From Diplonema japonicum (lineage: Eukaryota > Protista > Euglenozoa: Diplonemea), in NCBI GenBank assembly GCA_964019335.1, contig OZ025680.1, positions 534,441-598,440 on the forward strand: a stretch of 64,000 bases of DNA, written 5' to 3'. The notes below the pieces were generated by a model that was not told where the DNA came from, made no database searches, and saw nothing but the letters and a program-made list of their open reading frames with translations. Positions 22,063 through 33,019 of this stretch are shown piece by piece; positions within the stretch are counted from its first letter, which is position 1, and each line of letters begins with the position of its first letter. The position numbers and the translations under genes are program-made.

Positions 22063-23852
22063 CCATCTACCAACGGACCATTTTTGCCCACCAGGGGGTA
22101 AATTTTCAAAACTTCAAAAAAAGCTATTCTAGCGCAACGCCGGGGCTATATGCCCCCGAAAATGCCTCCAGATGTCCCAATTCTAGAGAGAGGGTGCCCA
22201 CAGCAGGGCCCACCCCCACAACATTGTCAAAAATATCGTTCCTGAAGTGCTCGAGAGGGGGTACAAAAAACAAGTCAAAAAAAATCGACTGTAAAATTCT
22301 ATAAAAAGCTATTTAAGGCCTTCTTGTCGCGGTTCGTACGTGCCCCAGGGCTGGGGGACTTCTTTTTTGACCCCGAGAGGGGTTTCTGGGGGGTATCCCC
22401 GGCAAGGTGGCAGTCTTTGAAGCACGGAGTCACGCAAAGTTGTACCAAGCAGGCTGAACACTGAAATAGGGGTCTTTTCGACTTGAAATGCTTGCACCGC
22501 ACGTTGCACTACTTTTTCGGGGAAATGGTCCCAGAAGGTACTGTCACGGCGCATTGGGGTCTCAGAGCACTCGTTCTGTGTTTCGGGGCATGGTATTGGG
22601 GCAGCCTGCTCTGTAGTTGACTTTATCTGTTGTTTAGACTGCCTCCCTAGTAGCCCTTCGATGACTGCCTCTTTGAAAGGCGTGAATCCACTGTCGTTCG
22701 TACTCAGGGTGTTGGGGGGCAAGGCTTCTTTCCAAACAAGCCAAGCATTCGCCAGAGATTTACCTAACAAGTACGAAAATACTTTTAGGGGCCACTTTTA
22801 AGTCATAAGGGTGCGTTTATGGCGTTTTGTCACAGCGTCACCCAGCGTCGGTTCCGCCCATTGCGGTGTTGTAAATATGCACTTGGTGGGGAGTGGGATG
22901 TCCTTTCCGGCTTTCATTCTCTTTTGGCGGACGGTCAAATTTGACTTCACTGGAACATCCAACGTCGATAGAAAGCACACAGGCTTGATGTCATGCCACG
23001 TTGTGGTGCAAAGGATGCTCGCGTGCTGGTGGAACTGTGTCCCCACGGGATGCGCGTCCTTGGGCTTGCGGCCTCGCTTCTTTGGGGCATCCATGATCTC
23101 CGGGAGGCCTTCGCGATAGGTAGAAGTCAGCACGCTTGTTTGTTTCGCTGTGGAAACACAGATTTCCCAGAATAGTCAAAAAGCGGACATGACGGTAGCG
23201 TACCCAGGTGTAGTTGAGAAACGTGGAGCCAGTGCACCAGTAATCAGAATAATCTGGCTTGATATCCAAGTCCATCGACAAAAGGACACCTAGGAAGGTA
23301 CGCAGAGAAGCAGCATCGAGATCCAGGGAGACACCTTTTTTAGCCGCATTTGCCACATTGTTCGAAGTTATGACCCGAATAAAGTTTGGACGAGCATTTG
23401 GGAGAATATATGGAATGGCGTTGAGCCTCTGATGTCAAAACAGGGTCCACAAGGATTCCGATCTTCACGAAACCGGATGCCTTCCAACTGCTCCGGCTTT
23501 GCCGTCCAATCACCCTGCTGTGACTCGGAATCGGTCGAATTCGTGTCAGAATCACTGTTTGTATCAAAATTGCATAATAGGGATGAGCCATCAGTGCTGC
23601 CATCACTCATAACGTCCTCTTCCGGCCTCTTTCCGGGCGCCTTTTTTTGAAGTGATTTTTAAGGGTAAATTTGGGCTGGCGTTTTTTTTTATTTTTTCAT
23701 TTTCGTTAGGGCAGCATTTAGTTTATATTTTTCATATTTTCCGCGCAGGACCCCGCCGGCAAGAAAGGGCCGGGCCGTATTGCATTGAAAGCCCTTTGCG
23801 TAAAAGATTTTTTTTTCAAATCGTCTATATATTGACGCTCGTTGATAGATGG
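22063..23852 (-). mobile_element. Decayed piggyBac DNA transposon (1790 bp)
   Basis: TTAA at 22059-22062 and 23853-23856; TIR CCATCTACCAACG / CGTTGATAGATGG (12/13 match); transposase remnants inside. Confidence 0.92.
22318..23650 (-). pseudogene. piggyBac transposase pseudogene (frameshifts, central deletion); ends approximate
   Basis: Fragments across frames: FLGVLLSM...PDYSDYW, WHDIKPVCFLST, YNTAMGGTD, LANAWLVW, CSACLVQLCVTPCFKDCH. The regions with the first two catalytic Asp are not found. Confidence 0.88.
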
Positions 23853-23873
23853 TTAAAGATTGAATTGTAGTAA

Positions 23874-24100
23874 TCATCTACCACCACGGGCTTTGTGGTT
23901 ATGTGGTATATTTTTTTGAAACTTTCAAAAGATATTATTTTAACACACCACAGGGGGCACGCACGGGGGGAGGAATGAAAAAAAAGGTATTTTATGTTTC
24001 TTCCTTTGCAATGTGTACTTTCCTGATTGGCTAGACCTTCACCTAAGGGCTACCAGCCAAGCGTGCCCTGCCCATGATACACATGCTCGGTGGTGGATGG
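23874..24100. mobile_element. MITE related to the adjacent piggyBac
   Basis: (GTAA)TCATCTACCACC ... GGTGGTGGATGG(TTAA); both ends resemble the ends of 22063-23852. Confidence 0.65.
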
Positions 24101-24265
24101 TTAATAAAAATAAATCAAACCCGATTTTTACCCGTGTGGATGTGTGTTTTTTTTTATTCTTCTTTTTTTTTTTTTCCCTTTCTTTTTTTTGGGGTAAGGG
24201 GGAAAAACAGCTATTTATTGCCAACAAATATGGCTCATTTGGCGACAAGTAAGTCGTTTTATTTC

Positions 24266-24585
24266 ACTCTTCGTCATTTGAGTAACTCGTTTTTTTCCAC
24301 ACAGGTCAACTTTTTTGGAGATTTCCCTAAGGTAGTACGGGGTAGCTACTTCGCCGTGGCATTTTAAGGGGAAGTAAAGCACTTATTCCCGCTTTTAAGG
24401 GCCGGAATAGGCCTCAGATGGCTAAAAATAGTCAAAATACCCCCGCCCCAAGAAAGTTTTCAAGGGGTTGGGTTCATTTTCTTTTTTTTTTCCCCGGCAA
24501 GACCCATTTTTTCCACTCCCAGTTAAGTAATGGCCATTTCACGTTAGTTAATGAGTCCTAGTGAGTGAAGAAAATGACGAAGAGT
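24266..24585. mobile_element. Putative MITE with 14-bp TIR
   Basis: ACTCTTCGTCATTT (24266-24279) / AAATGACGAAGAGT (24572-24585), perfect inverted repeat; non-coding interior. Confidence 0.55.
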
Positions 24586-25096
24586 AAAATAATAATAAAA
24601 AAAAAGAGCAGCACTCGTAAGAAAATCAGGTGAATTCCTTTTATACACAATCCGTGCGTGGTATGTCGAGAATTGTTGTTTTTATTATTATTATTATTTT
24701 ATTTTTTGCTTCCCACCCCACTCCCCCCCTTTTTTTTTGCACCCTGGAGAAACCGTTACCAGGGGGTTTATTTATTTTTTTTTCTCTTTCTTTCATGAGA
24801 CTAGTTTTTATATCTTACATTTCGTTAAGAAGGTGATACATTTTCTTTTTGTTTTTTCTTTTTCTTTTTCTTTTTTGTTTTTTTTTTTTTGCCCTCCTCT
24901 TTCTTCCTTTATCCCTACCCCTCGGCGTGGTACCCACTTTTCTTTGTTGAATGACAAAAAAAAGAACCGAGGAAGGAAAGTATGAAACATTTAAAAAAGG
25001 GAGAAGAGGGAAGAAAAAAAAAGAGAGAAAAAAAAAGAGAAAACCAATAAATTACGAAATAAAAGAATTTGAAATGAGAGAGAGAGGGAACAATTA

Positions 25097-25131
<35 letters not shown>

Positions 25132-25362
25132 GGATCCTAATGCTGCTATATTTCTTTTTGTTTTGGTTTCTTCACAACCCTCCCACCTCTTCACCCCTCG
25201 ACCTCATCCTGACCCTTCCCATTCTCACTGTCCATCGTCCCCACCCGCCATCTTAAATACGTTTTTTTTATTTTTTTTTTATTCCCTTTTTGTTTCCCAT
25301 CATGTCTCTCCTCTCCATGCTCTCCTTGCAGGACACAAAGGTGTGTTTGGAACACCGAAACA

Positions 25363-27322
25363 ATGTACCGCAACCCATGCTTTGCTAGGCAGCTGCGCAG
25401 GCTGACGGCAGCAGCGTACCCAGAAGACGGTGCACGGGGTCCTACAGGGTCTTTCGTGGGGGCAAAGACCGCGGAAGACAGGGTTTACAACGACTTGGGG
25501 AGCCTTGCAGCGTGGCCGGGGCATGGGAAGATGCTGAACGTCGCTGACGAGGAGGACAAGCCTGCACGCACTTTGAAGTATGAGAGCTGGTCGGGTGACT
25601 TCCCTAACGGGATGACCCTCCCCGCCACCAGCAGCAGCGTCGCCGCCGATGTGCTGGAGGCCAAGCTCAACCCCCCTGTCAACTTCCACGACCGGCTGGC
25701 AGTGGGCGAGTACTACACAGGCCTCCCCAACGCCTTCGTGGGTGGTGTAGTCGACCCTCTGCACAGAAAGTGCCTCCACGAAAACCACGGCATCTCCAAC
25801 GACCACGCTGTCTACATCAACCCCAGCGCGCAGAACCTCGCAGAGGCCAAGCACCCCTCCGACACCTCCACCTCCCCGAACTACCTCGAGCAGAACCTCT
25901 CCTCAACAGGCCCTGCTGCCGCCATCTTCCAAGCCCCCTTCACCTCCGAACGCCAAACGCAGGGCTTCGCCGAACTTCCCAAGATCAAGGGCAGCGTGCT
26001 CAGCGACGCCAGGCACCCCGGGAGGCTCGAGAAGGAGATCAAGTACCACTTCTCCACATGCGGTGCTCTGTACGACGTGCACGGCACCACGGGCTCCACC
26101 AACGACGACGAGGTCAACGTGGGTGTGGTGACGGACCATGCAGCGCTGGCACTGTTCTGGAGGAACCTCCTTCACCCTATGAGGCCGAAGGGGTTCTACG
26201 AGAACACCGACTACTCCCCTATGGTGCAGATCTACCACGCAGGAGGGTACACCCTGGAGCGCGAGAGGGTGATAGAGGAGTTCGGTGGTCCCAAGCCGCA
26301 GGACCTTGGAATCGAGCATGAAAACTTCGTCCTTGTGGACCCTTATTCCAAGCCTGCGACGGCCCTCGTGTCAGGTGTGCTGGATGTGGGTGCATGCCGC
26401 GACCTTGCAGCGTATCTCAACAGCTTGGTGCTTTTCGATGAGCTCGACACGCTGACCCTCCCCGGGCACGCCACCTACGACATCAAGAGCAACACCGTCG
26501 ACGTCTTCATCAACGGCCCTGCGGACCTGACCGCATCGCCTTTCCTTTATGGCGCACACCACCTGACCCTCTCCCCTGACGGTCTGGGCAGGGTGTGGAA
26601 TGGTGTCACAAGGAGCGGTGCGGCAGCGGACAACTACAACCTCATCACGAAGCAGGGCGAGACAGTGAACACCACCACTGTGCTTCCGAGGAAGATCAAC
26701 GACCCTGCTAGCGCAGCGAAGATGAGGAGCTTCTACACCGACGCAAGTATGCTTTCAAACCACAACACTTCGCCACACACCACACAGGCAAGGTGATGCC
26801 GCAGTCAGCCCAGTACACCTCTCACCCCAAGCAGGCCTCCATGACCCTTGGGAAGCCTTCGGCAGCGTCCTCTGAGTCGTGCTTGAGACCGAATTTGGTA
26901 TGTTCTATGAGCTAGCAGCACACACGGCAGGTCGCTCTAGCGAAGACGAACCTGATCTTCAGCAGACCGCAGAGCGTAGGGAAGAAGGAGCTGAGTGCAA
27001 GCGAAGCGGGCCAGATGCTCATCGAGGACCTGACTGCGTGGGGGTACCTTTACGGGGAGCAGGGTATGTCAAAGTAGAATAAGGAGAGGTGGTGGAAACA
27101 AATAATACAGAACCCATTTTGAAGGCTGTTGAAGATGCCATGCAGAACGGTGTCAAGTGCTACAGCCAGGGACCCGCTGCCAGGCCCACCCCTACACCGA
27201 CACCGACACCGACACCGACACCCACCCCAACCGCTAAGCCCACACCTACTCCAGCGGCCGAGCCCCAATCTACACCCGCACCTAAGGCGAAGAAGACCAA
27301 AGCGAAGAAGAGCAAGAACTAG
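25363..27322 (+). CDS. Divergent PEP-carboxykinase-like protein, probably mitochondrial and non-catalytic; introns 26747-26787, 26898-26930, 27064-27110
   Basis: Arg-rich presequence. LYDVHGTTGS...VGVVTDHAALALFWRNLL resembles the PEPCK(ATP) N-domain; no GxxGxGKT P-loop. Three GT-AG introns join the ORF to the Pro/Thr-rich ORF ending at 27322. Confidence 0.6.
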
Positions 27323-27870
27323 GAATGCTTTCTCAAACAAACGCTGATTCAAGTAAGAGAATGAAGAAAACTAAGGAAAACAAAAAGCAGTGTTAGTGTG
27401 TTCCCCCTTTTTTTTTTCCCATTTTTTTTTTCTTCTTGTGGGTAAAGGGCAAGGGTCTCGCTGGAGGTTTTTCTTTAAAAAAAAGTCCATTTCTTCACTA
27501 CCACGTTACTTTCTTTTTTTTTATTCTTATAATAAAATATTCTTTTTCGTATTTTTCGGATTTATTTTTCCTCAAAAGAAGGAAATGGACTTTTTTTTTT
27601 GGGTTGTATGTACATAACAAGAAGAGAAAAAAAAAAAGAAACTATGGGTGTTTCCCTGCTGCCCTCCTTAACGCTCGGCGCGACCTTTTCCTTTCTTTTT
27701 TTTTTCTTTTACATTATAAGTGTGCTTTGGTTCTCCGCCCCGTTCTTTTTCATTTTCTTTATCCTTCCCTGTTCCACCACCCGTGATTAGTATCCTTCTT
27801 TTGTCCCCCCCTTTTTTTTCTTCTTCTTCTTACCATCATCGCAGCAAGGGGTGTTCCAAACGCCGCAAAA

Positions 27871-29349
27871 ATGAACCTTTTCACTGGTCCCATGCTGATG
27901 TTCTGGTTCTGCTTGTTGCAGTTCCTGAACTTTGTGGAGCGAGGTGCTGTGTCCTCGAACTCTATCAAGGGCACCTACGACGACGAGGCGTGCTCAAAGA
28001 CGTGCTCCGACAAGGAGAGCCGTGACTGTCGCAACCTGTGCGGGTTTGACGGAATCCAAGGCGAGTGGAACCTCACCGATGCTGAGATGGGTTTGCTTGC
28101 ATCGATGTTCACAGGCGGCCTCACCATCGCCTCCCCGATCAGCGCGCACATGGTTCGTCTTGTCCACCCGTTTGCCGTTATTGGCTTCGGGCAGCTGATA
28201 TTCACCGTCGCCCTTTTTGGGGCAGGCTTCTCTGTAAACTTCGGGATGCTGCTCGGCTTCCGAACGCTTGTCGGTGTCTCTGAGCCCTCCTTCATCGTAG
28301 TGGCCCCTGCTATGATCGACATCATCGCACCCCCCGAACGCAGGTCACTATGGATGGCCATCTTCTACATGTGCATTTCCGTCGGGTCAGCTGGTGGCCT
28401 TGTCCTCGGCACTATCGTGAAGGCGGCTGGGGGGAGCTGGCGGTGGAGCTTCTGGGTCCAAGCTATCCTGAACCTGCCGCTTGCGCTCCTTTTCATCTTT
28501 TCGCGTCCTGCGGACTTCACTTGGGACAGGATTAAAAACAGCGCGCCACCTCCCTCCCCCTCCCCTGCTACCGAGGAAGACAAGCTTGTCCCTTTGGAGG
28601 TCGAAGAGAACGGCGAGGAGCGTGAGAAGGAAGAACAAAAGAACCCCCTGCGTGCCGTGGCGCGGGCGAGCTTACCGATGGACGAGAAGCGCAGTGCGTG
28701 GGAAGACATGAAGGAGCTCATGACGTCGAGGAGGTACGTTCTGCTGGTGAGCGCCTACTCGCTGATGATGGCTGTGGGCGGCGTGATCCTCTTCTGGGGC
28801 CCGAAGGCAGGCCGCGACACATACGAAATCGAAAACAACGCAGACCTGTACTTCGGTGCGATGGTGGTGGTGTCGGGTATTTCGGGGACCCTTATGGGCG
28901 GGTGGCTGCTGGACAAGATCGGTGGTGGGTACGACATGGCCTGCAAGGTCTGTGCCGTGCAGTTGTCCATTGCGGGAGTTCTGTGCACGATGGCATTCTG
29001 GATCCCCCCCAGCACTACAGAGCCTAATGTGTACGCCTTCTTTGCCTGTTTCTCTATAGGGTATTTCTGTCTTGCCTCGTTCTACGGCCCTGCGACTTCG
29101 ACCCTTCTGTGGGTGTGCGCACCTGCGCTCCGTGCGCAGTCCGTAGGTCTCGCAACCCTTCTTTTCCACGTCTTTGGGGACGTGCCTTCCCCCTGGTACG
29201 CAGGGGCCATTCACGACTACGGGGACCTCTCCTGGCAGTGGACCTTCACCGTCATCACTCCTGTGCTCATCCTTAGCGGGGCCCTCTTCGCTTTGGCGTA
29301 CATCGTACCGGAGAACAGCTCGAGCAAAGTTAGATACACCAATATGTGA
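27871..29349 (+). CDS. MFS transporter, spinster family
   Basis: LNFVERG, RTLVGVSE, APAMIDIIAPPERRS.W, HVFGDVPSP; about 12 TM segments. Confidence 0.9.
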   Translation: MNLFTGPMLMFWFCLLQFLNFVERGAVSSNSIKGTYDDEACSKTCSDKESRDCRNLCGFDGIQGEWNLTDAEMGLLASMFTGGLTIASPISAHMVRLVHPFAVIGFGQLIFTVALFGAGFSVNFGMLLGFRTLVGVSEPSFIVVAPAMIDIIAPPERRSLWMAIFYMCISVGSAGGLVLGTIVKAAGGSWRWSFWVQAILNLPLALLFIFSRPADFTWDRIKNSAPPPSPSPATEEDKLVPLEVEENGEEREKEEQKNPLRAVARASLPMDEKRSAWEDMKELMTSRRYVLLVSAYSLMMAVGGVILFWGPKAGRDTYEIENNADLYFGAMVVVSGISGTLMGGWLLDKIGGGYDMACKVCAVQLSIAGVLCTMAFWIPPSTTEPNVYAFFACFSIGYFCLASFYGPATSTLLWVCAPALRAQSVGLATLLFHVFGDVPSPWYAGAIHDYGDLSWQWTFTVITPVLILSGALFALAYIVPENSSSKVRYTNM

Positions 29350-29529
29350 TGCTCGTGCAGATAAAAAAGGGAAAAAAATAATGAGGGAAAAAAAGGGGTG
29401 TCTGCAAATATTTGCACTCCTTTTTACTCAACCTTTTTAGTCAAGAAATGTGCAACTTCCTTGTTTGTTCTCTTTCCCCTTACGTCCTCTTTACGTGTTT
29501 CCCCAATCATTCAAATGTTTTAACTTTAA

Positions 29530-29802
29530 CGCCACATATCTCTAAAACCCGTCTGGTCAATCCTGGAGTTGCACTAAGGGGGCTACAGCGGAAAATTTCG
29601 AAAAAATCTTCCAAGAGTTGGCTGGTATAATTCTCTCCAAAAAAAAACAAGCAAAAAAAATCGATGTCACCAGGTGTTTACACCAGGTGTTCAATCATTG
29701 AAGAGAGTCACGAAATGAGTTCATCGCAGCCATTGTTTTGAAGATAGCAAATTCCTGTGTCCCCCGACAACAAGGGGGCTAAACTTTTAGAGATATGAGG
29801 CG
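29530..29802. mobile_element. MITE family A copy 2
   Basis: TTAA|CGCCACATATCTCTAAAA ... TTTTAGAGATATGAGGCG (17/18 inverted match); first ~100 bp align with 9673-9770. Confidence 0.75.
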
Positions 29803-30522
29803 TAGATAGTATCAGAGCAAGCAGGAGGGTAGCCTTTGATCCCAGCACCTGCTGAGGTGGGTGTTGTTTGTGTTATTGTTTACTCGTGTGGACTGGGTGA
29901 AAGGCCCTGCGGCTGCTTTACGTTTACTGTTTCTTTGGTTAACACACTTTCCCCCCATCATAGTCTTTATTTTTCTCTTCAGCCCTGCAGGTTTCAAGCC
30001 TGCCGTGGACAATGTTTTCTTCGCGTGCTCTAAGAGCAGAACGACGAGGCTGCTTCCTGTCCCGCTGCTTCCCGATGTGCGTATGTTTCGGGGGACGCGT
30101 CCCTTGTTGTAAATTTTATTTCTTCGTGTGAATGGTTCTTGTGGGAATCACTTTTACTAGTGTTCTTTCCCCCCCCCTTTCTACCTGTAGTCTGAAAGCG
30201 CTAGATGTTGGATGTTCCCGAGGGTGGTTGTTTTCATTAGTTTACGCAACTCCCTCGATTTTAGTTTCTTCATTTCTCAAAAAGACCTTGGAACATTCTA
30301 TTGGCTCGACATACAAGGCCTCTGGGAGCCTATGGAACGAGTTTCCCTTTGGCGGTAATTAAGTCGTGAGAAAATAAAAAAAACCAAAATCCGACCTTTT
30401 CCTTTTCTTTCTGTAGTTTCTGTTCTTTTTTTTCTTTTTTCTACTGATCTTTTTTTTTCTCTCTGTACTACTAGTACTTCTGATTTACTTCTTTGAACAC
30501 CAGACAGGTGCAGGAGGGCGCC

Positions 30523-32682
30523 ATGGACTACGTGAAGACCCCCCCACCGCTTCTGAAGGACCTTGATGCAAACGGGAAGGTGCCCCTCAGTGTGGAGGAA
30601 GTGCTTGAAGAGCAATTGTATCTATGCAGCGATGAGTTCACTGTTGTGAAGGAGGTGAAGGTTGCTGTGTGCAGCTGGAACATTGATCAGAAGAAACCTG
30701 CGGAGAGTATGGAGAAAGCTTTCCGGGAGTGGCTGATGGTGAATGCACCTGACCATGATGCACCTAAAGTTATTGCTGTTGGTTTCCAGGAATTGGACAT
30801 GTCGACGAATGCACTGCTGAGGGAGGAAACCGACAATGCCAAGCCATGGATAGAGTTCATCAAGAAGATGTGTGCTGGGAGGTACGAGGTCATCGTAGCA
30901 CGGCAGCTGGTGGGGCTGATGATGGTGCTGTTGGTGGAGAACTCTGTGCGCCCCTACCTGAAGAACGTGACGACGGGCATCGTGCGGTGCGGGGTGGCGA
31001 ACACAATCGCCAACAAGGGTTCCATCGGAGTCAGGTTCGACTTGCACAAAACAAGCTTCGCCTTCGCTACCGCTCACCTTGCGGCACACCAAGCCGAAGT
31101 TGAACGCCGCAACAAAGACTTCGAACGCATCACCGACACACTTCACTTCCAGACCCCCCTGGGCTCTGCCTCCTTCCTGTCTCACGAAAGAGTGTTTTTC
31201 TTTGGTGACCTGAACTACAGGATCGACCTCCCCTACGACCACACCCTGGAGCTTGTCGAAGCCAAGTCGTGGGACATGCTGCTCAACGAAGACCAGCTGA
31301 ACAAGAGGTTCAGAACAGAGCTGAAGCTGCGTGGAGACCACTCGCCCGCCTCTGCATCTTCTCACTCCGACCCCAAACCTGCTAACATGGCACATTTTGT
31401 CGACCTCACGCCCCGCTTCCCTCCCACCTACAAGTACAACCCTGGCACCACGACGTACGACACGTCCGAGAAAAAGCGAGTCCCTGCCTGGACAGACCGC
31501 ATCCTGCACAAGGCGTCCGATGGTATTAAGGTGCTGGACTTTGGCTACAACAGCGAGCTGCTGGCATCTGATCATCGCCCTGTGCAGGCTCTGTTTGATG
31601 TAAAGATCACGGAAGAGTGCCCCGACAAAAAGAAGAAGAAAGAAGAGAGCATCCGCAACACCATCAAGAAGCATGGTGTGTTCGAGGCGCGGATCACGCT
31701 GTCGGAATCGACGCTCCCCTTCGGGGCGGTGACCTACGGGGATACAAAGAACAAGGATCTGTACATCACAAACAACGGACTGGGTGTGGTGTGCGTCCAT
31801 GTGCATTCATTTGAGGTCTTGAGCAACGGGAAAGACGATCACATGGTGAGCTCGCGGTCGTGGATCTCGGTGGAGCCGCACATGTTGCGGTTAGAACCGA
31901 AACAAACGAAGCCCATTAGCGTAAAGTGCTGCATTGACCGTGAGGCGCTAGCGTGCTTATCTTCCTACCACCCGTTCCAGAACAAGCCGTATCCCACTCT
32001 CTCGCACTTACTTGTGATTTCTGCGGGGCAGCATCGCTGCTGGGTTGAGACGACATGCAACTATAGGTTCTCGTGCTTTGGCTCGAGGCTGAGCCACTTG
32101 GAATGCATCGGGCTCACACCCATCTCGAAGGCGTATCTAGCTGGACCTGAGATGCAGAAACCGCTCCCCAAGACCCCCAGCATTCCTAAAGAGTTATGGC
32201 TGCCCATCGACTACATCTCAAAACACGGGCAAAAGGACCCTGACCTGTTCCAAGGCGACCTGGACTTCGAGAGCTTCAAGACTGTGCAGCAGTACCTGGA
32301 CGACGCACCAGGACTCATCCCTGCGGATTACGAGGTCACGCCCTCGCAGATGTCCCTCATCCTCCTCATCTTCCTCGGATCCCTCCAGGACCCTGTCATA
32401 CCTTATAGGTTCTACCAGGGCTGCCTCTTGAATCAGAAGATAACACCCGGTTCCCTCCCCGCCATAAATTATAATGTCCTGACGTATCTCATGGCCTTTC
32501 TCAAGTACCTCCTCCTCCCAGAGCACCAGATAAGTAACAAGCTCACTCCCGAGATCGTGGCGCACACGTTTGCCCCGATTTTATTGAGAAAGGACCCCAA
32601 TGCGGTGGAGGGCCCCGGAGAGCAGCAACGTGCTGAACGGAGCAAAGCAACCGCTTACATATTGAACTTATTAGAGCAGTAA
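30523..32682 (+). CDS. Inositol polyphosphate 5-phosphatase, OCRL/INPP5B-like (5-phosphatase + ASH + RhoGAP-like)
   Basis: GFQE, NKG, FFGDLNYRI, PAWTDRIL, SDHRPV; ASH segment; IPKELW...LQDPVIPY RhoGAP-like C-terminus. 5' end uncertain. Confidence 0.92.
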   Translation: MDYVKTPPPLLKDLDANGKVPLSVEEVLEEQLYLCSDEFTVVKEVKVAVCSWNIDQKKPAESMEKAFREWLMVNAPDHDAPKVIAVGFQELDMSTNALLREETDNAKPWIEFIKKMCAGRYEVIVARQLVGLMMVLLVENSVRPYLKNVTTGIVRCGVANTIANKGSIGVRFDLHKTSFAFATAHLAAHQAEVERRNKDFERITDTLHFQTPLGSASFLSHERVFFFGDLNYRIDLPYDHTLELVEAKSWDMLLNEDQLNKRFRTELKLRGDHSPASASSHSDPKPANMAHFVDLTPRFPPTYKYNPGTTTYDTSEKKRVPAWTDRILHKASDGIKVLDFGYNSELLASDHRPVQALFDVKITEECPDKKKKKEESIRNTIKKHGVFEARITLSESTLPFGAVTYGDTKNKDLYITNNGLGVVCVHVHSFEVLSNGKDDHMVSSRSWISVEPHMLRLEPKQTKPISVKCCIDREALACLSSYHPFQNKPYPTLSHLLVISAGQHRCWVETTCNYRFSCFGSRLSHLECIGLTPISKAYLAGPEMQKPLPKTPSIPKELWLPIDYISKHGQKDPDLFQGDLDFESFKTVQQYLDDAPGLIPADYEVTPSQMSLILLIFLGSLQDPVIPYRFYQGCLLNQKITPGSLPAINYNVLTYLMAFLKYLLLPEHQISNKLTPEIVAHTFAPILLRKDPNAVEGPGEQQRAERSKATAYILNLLEQ

Positions 32683-33019
32683 GTTGTTAACGAGTGATGC
32701 GTTTCCCGAGGTCTTGCTGCTACGAGTGCTCCTTTGTTACATATTATCGGGAGAGACAAATTAAGAAGAGGACGGAACAAAAAGAGGGAACGAGAAAGAA
32801 TAAAAGAAAAAAAAATACATAAAAAAGAGAAAAAATAGTGTTTGTAGTAGAGTTCGTTTCTTGTCCCCCCCCCTTTTTTTTCTTATCGCGTTCAGTTTTA
32901 AGTTTACCCTTCTCGTCCCCTTTTACTCATATGGATCTCGTGATGAAAAAGCTCCCCTTGCGGATAAAAAAAATTATAATTATACATTTGGTATTCTTTG
33001 CTAGTGCACAACAGGCTGG

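Noticed and set aside
18366-22066. Poly-Lys/poly-Phe ORFs
   Set aside because: Artefacts of homopolymer tracts.
30622-31806. 394-aa minus-strand ORF
   Set aside because: Antisense shadow of the OCRL-like gene; no motifs.
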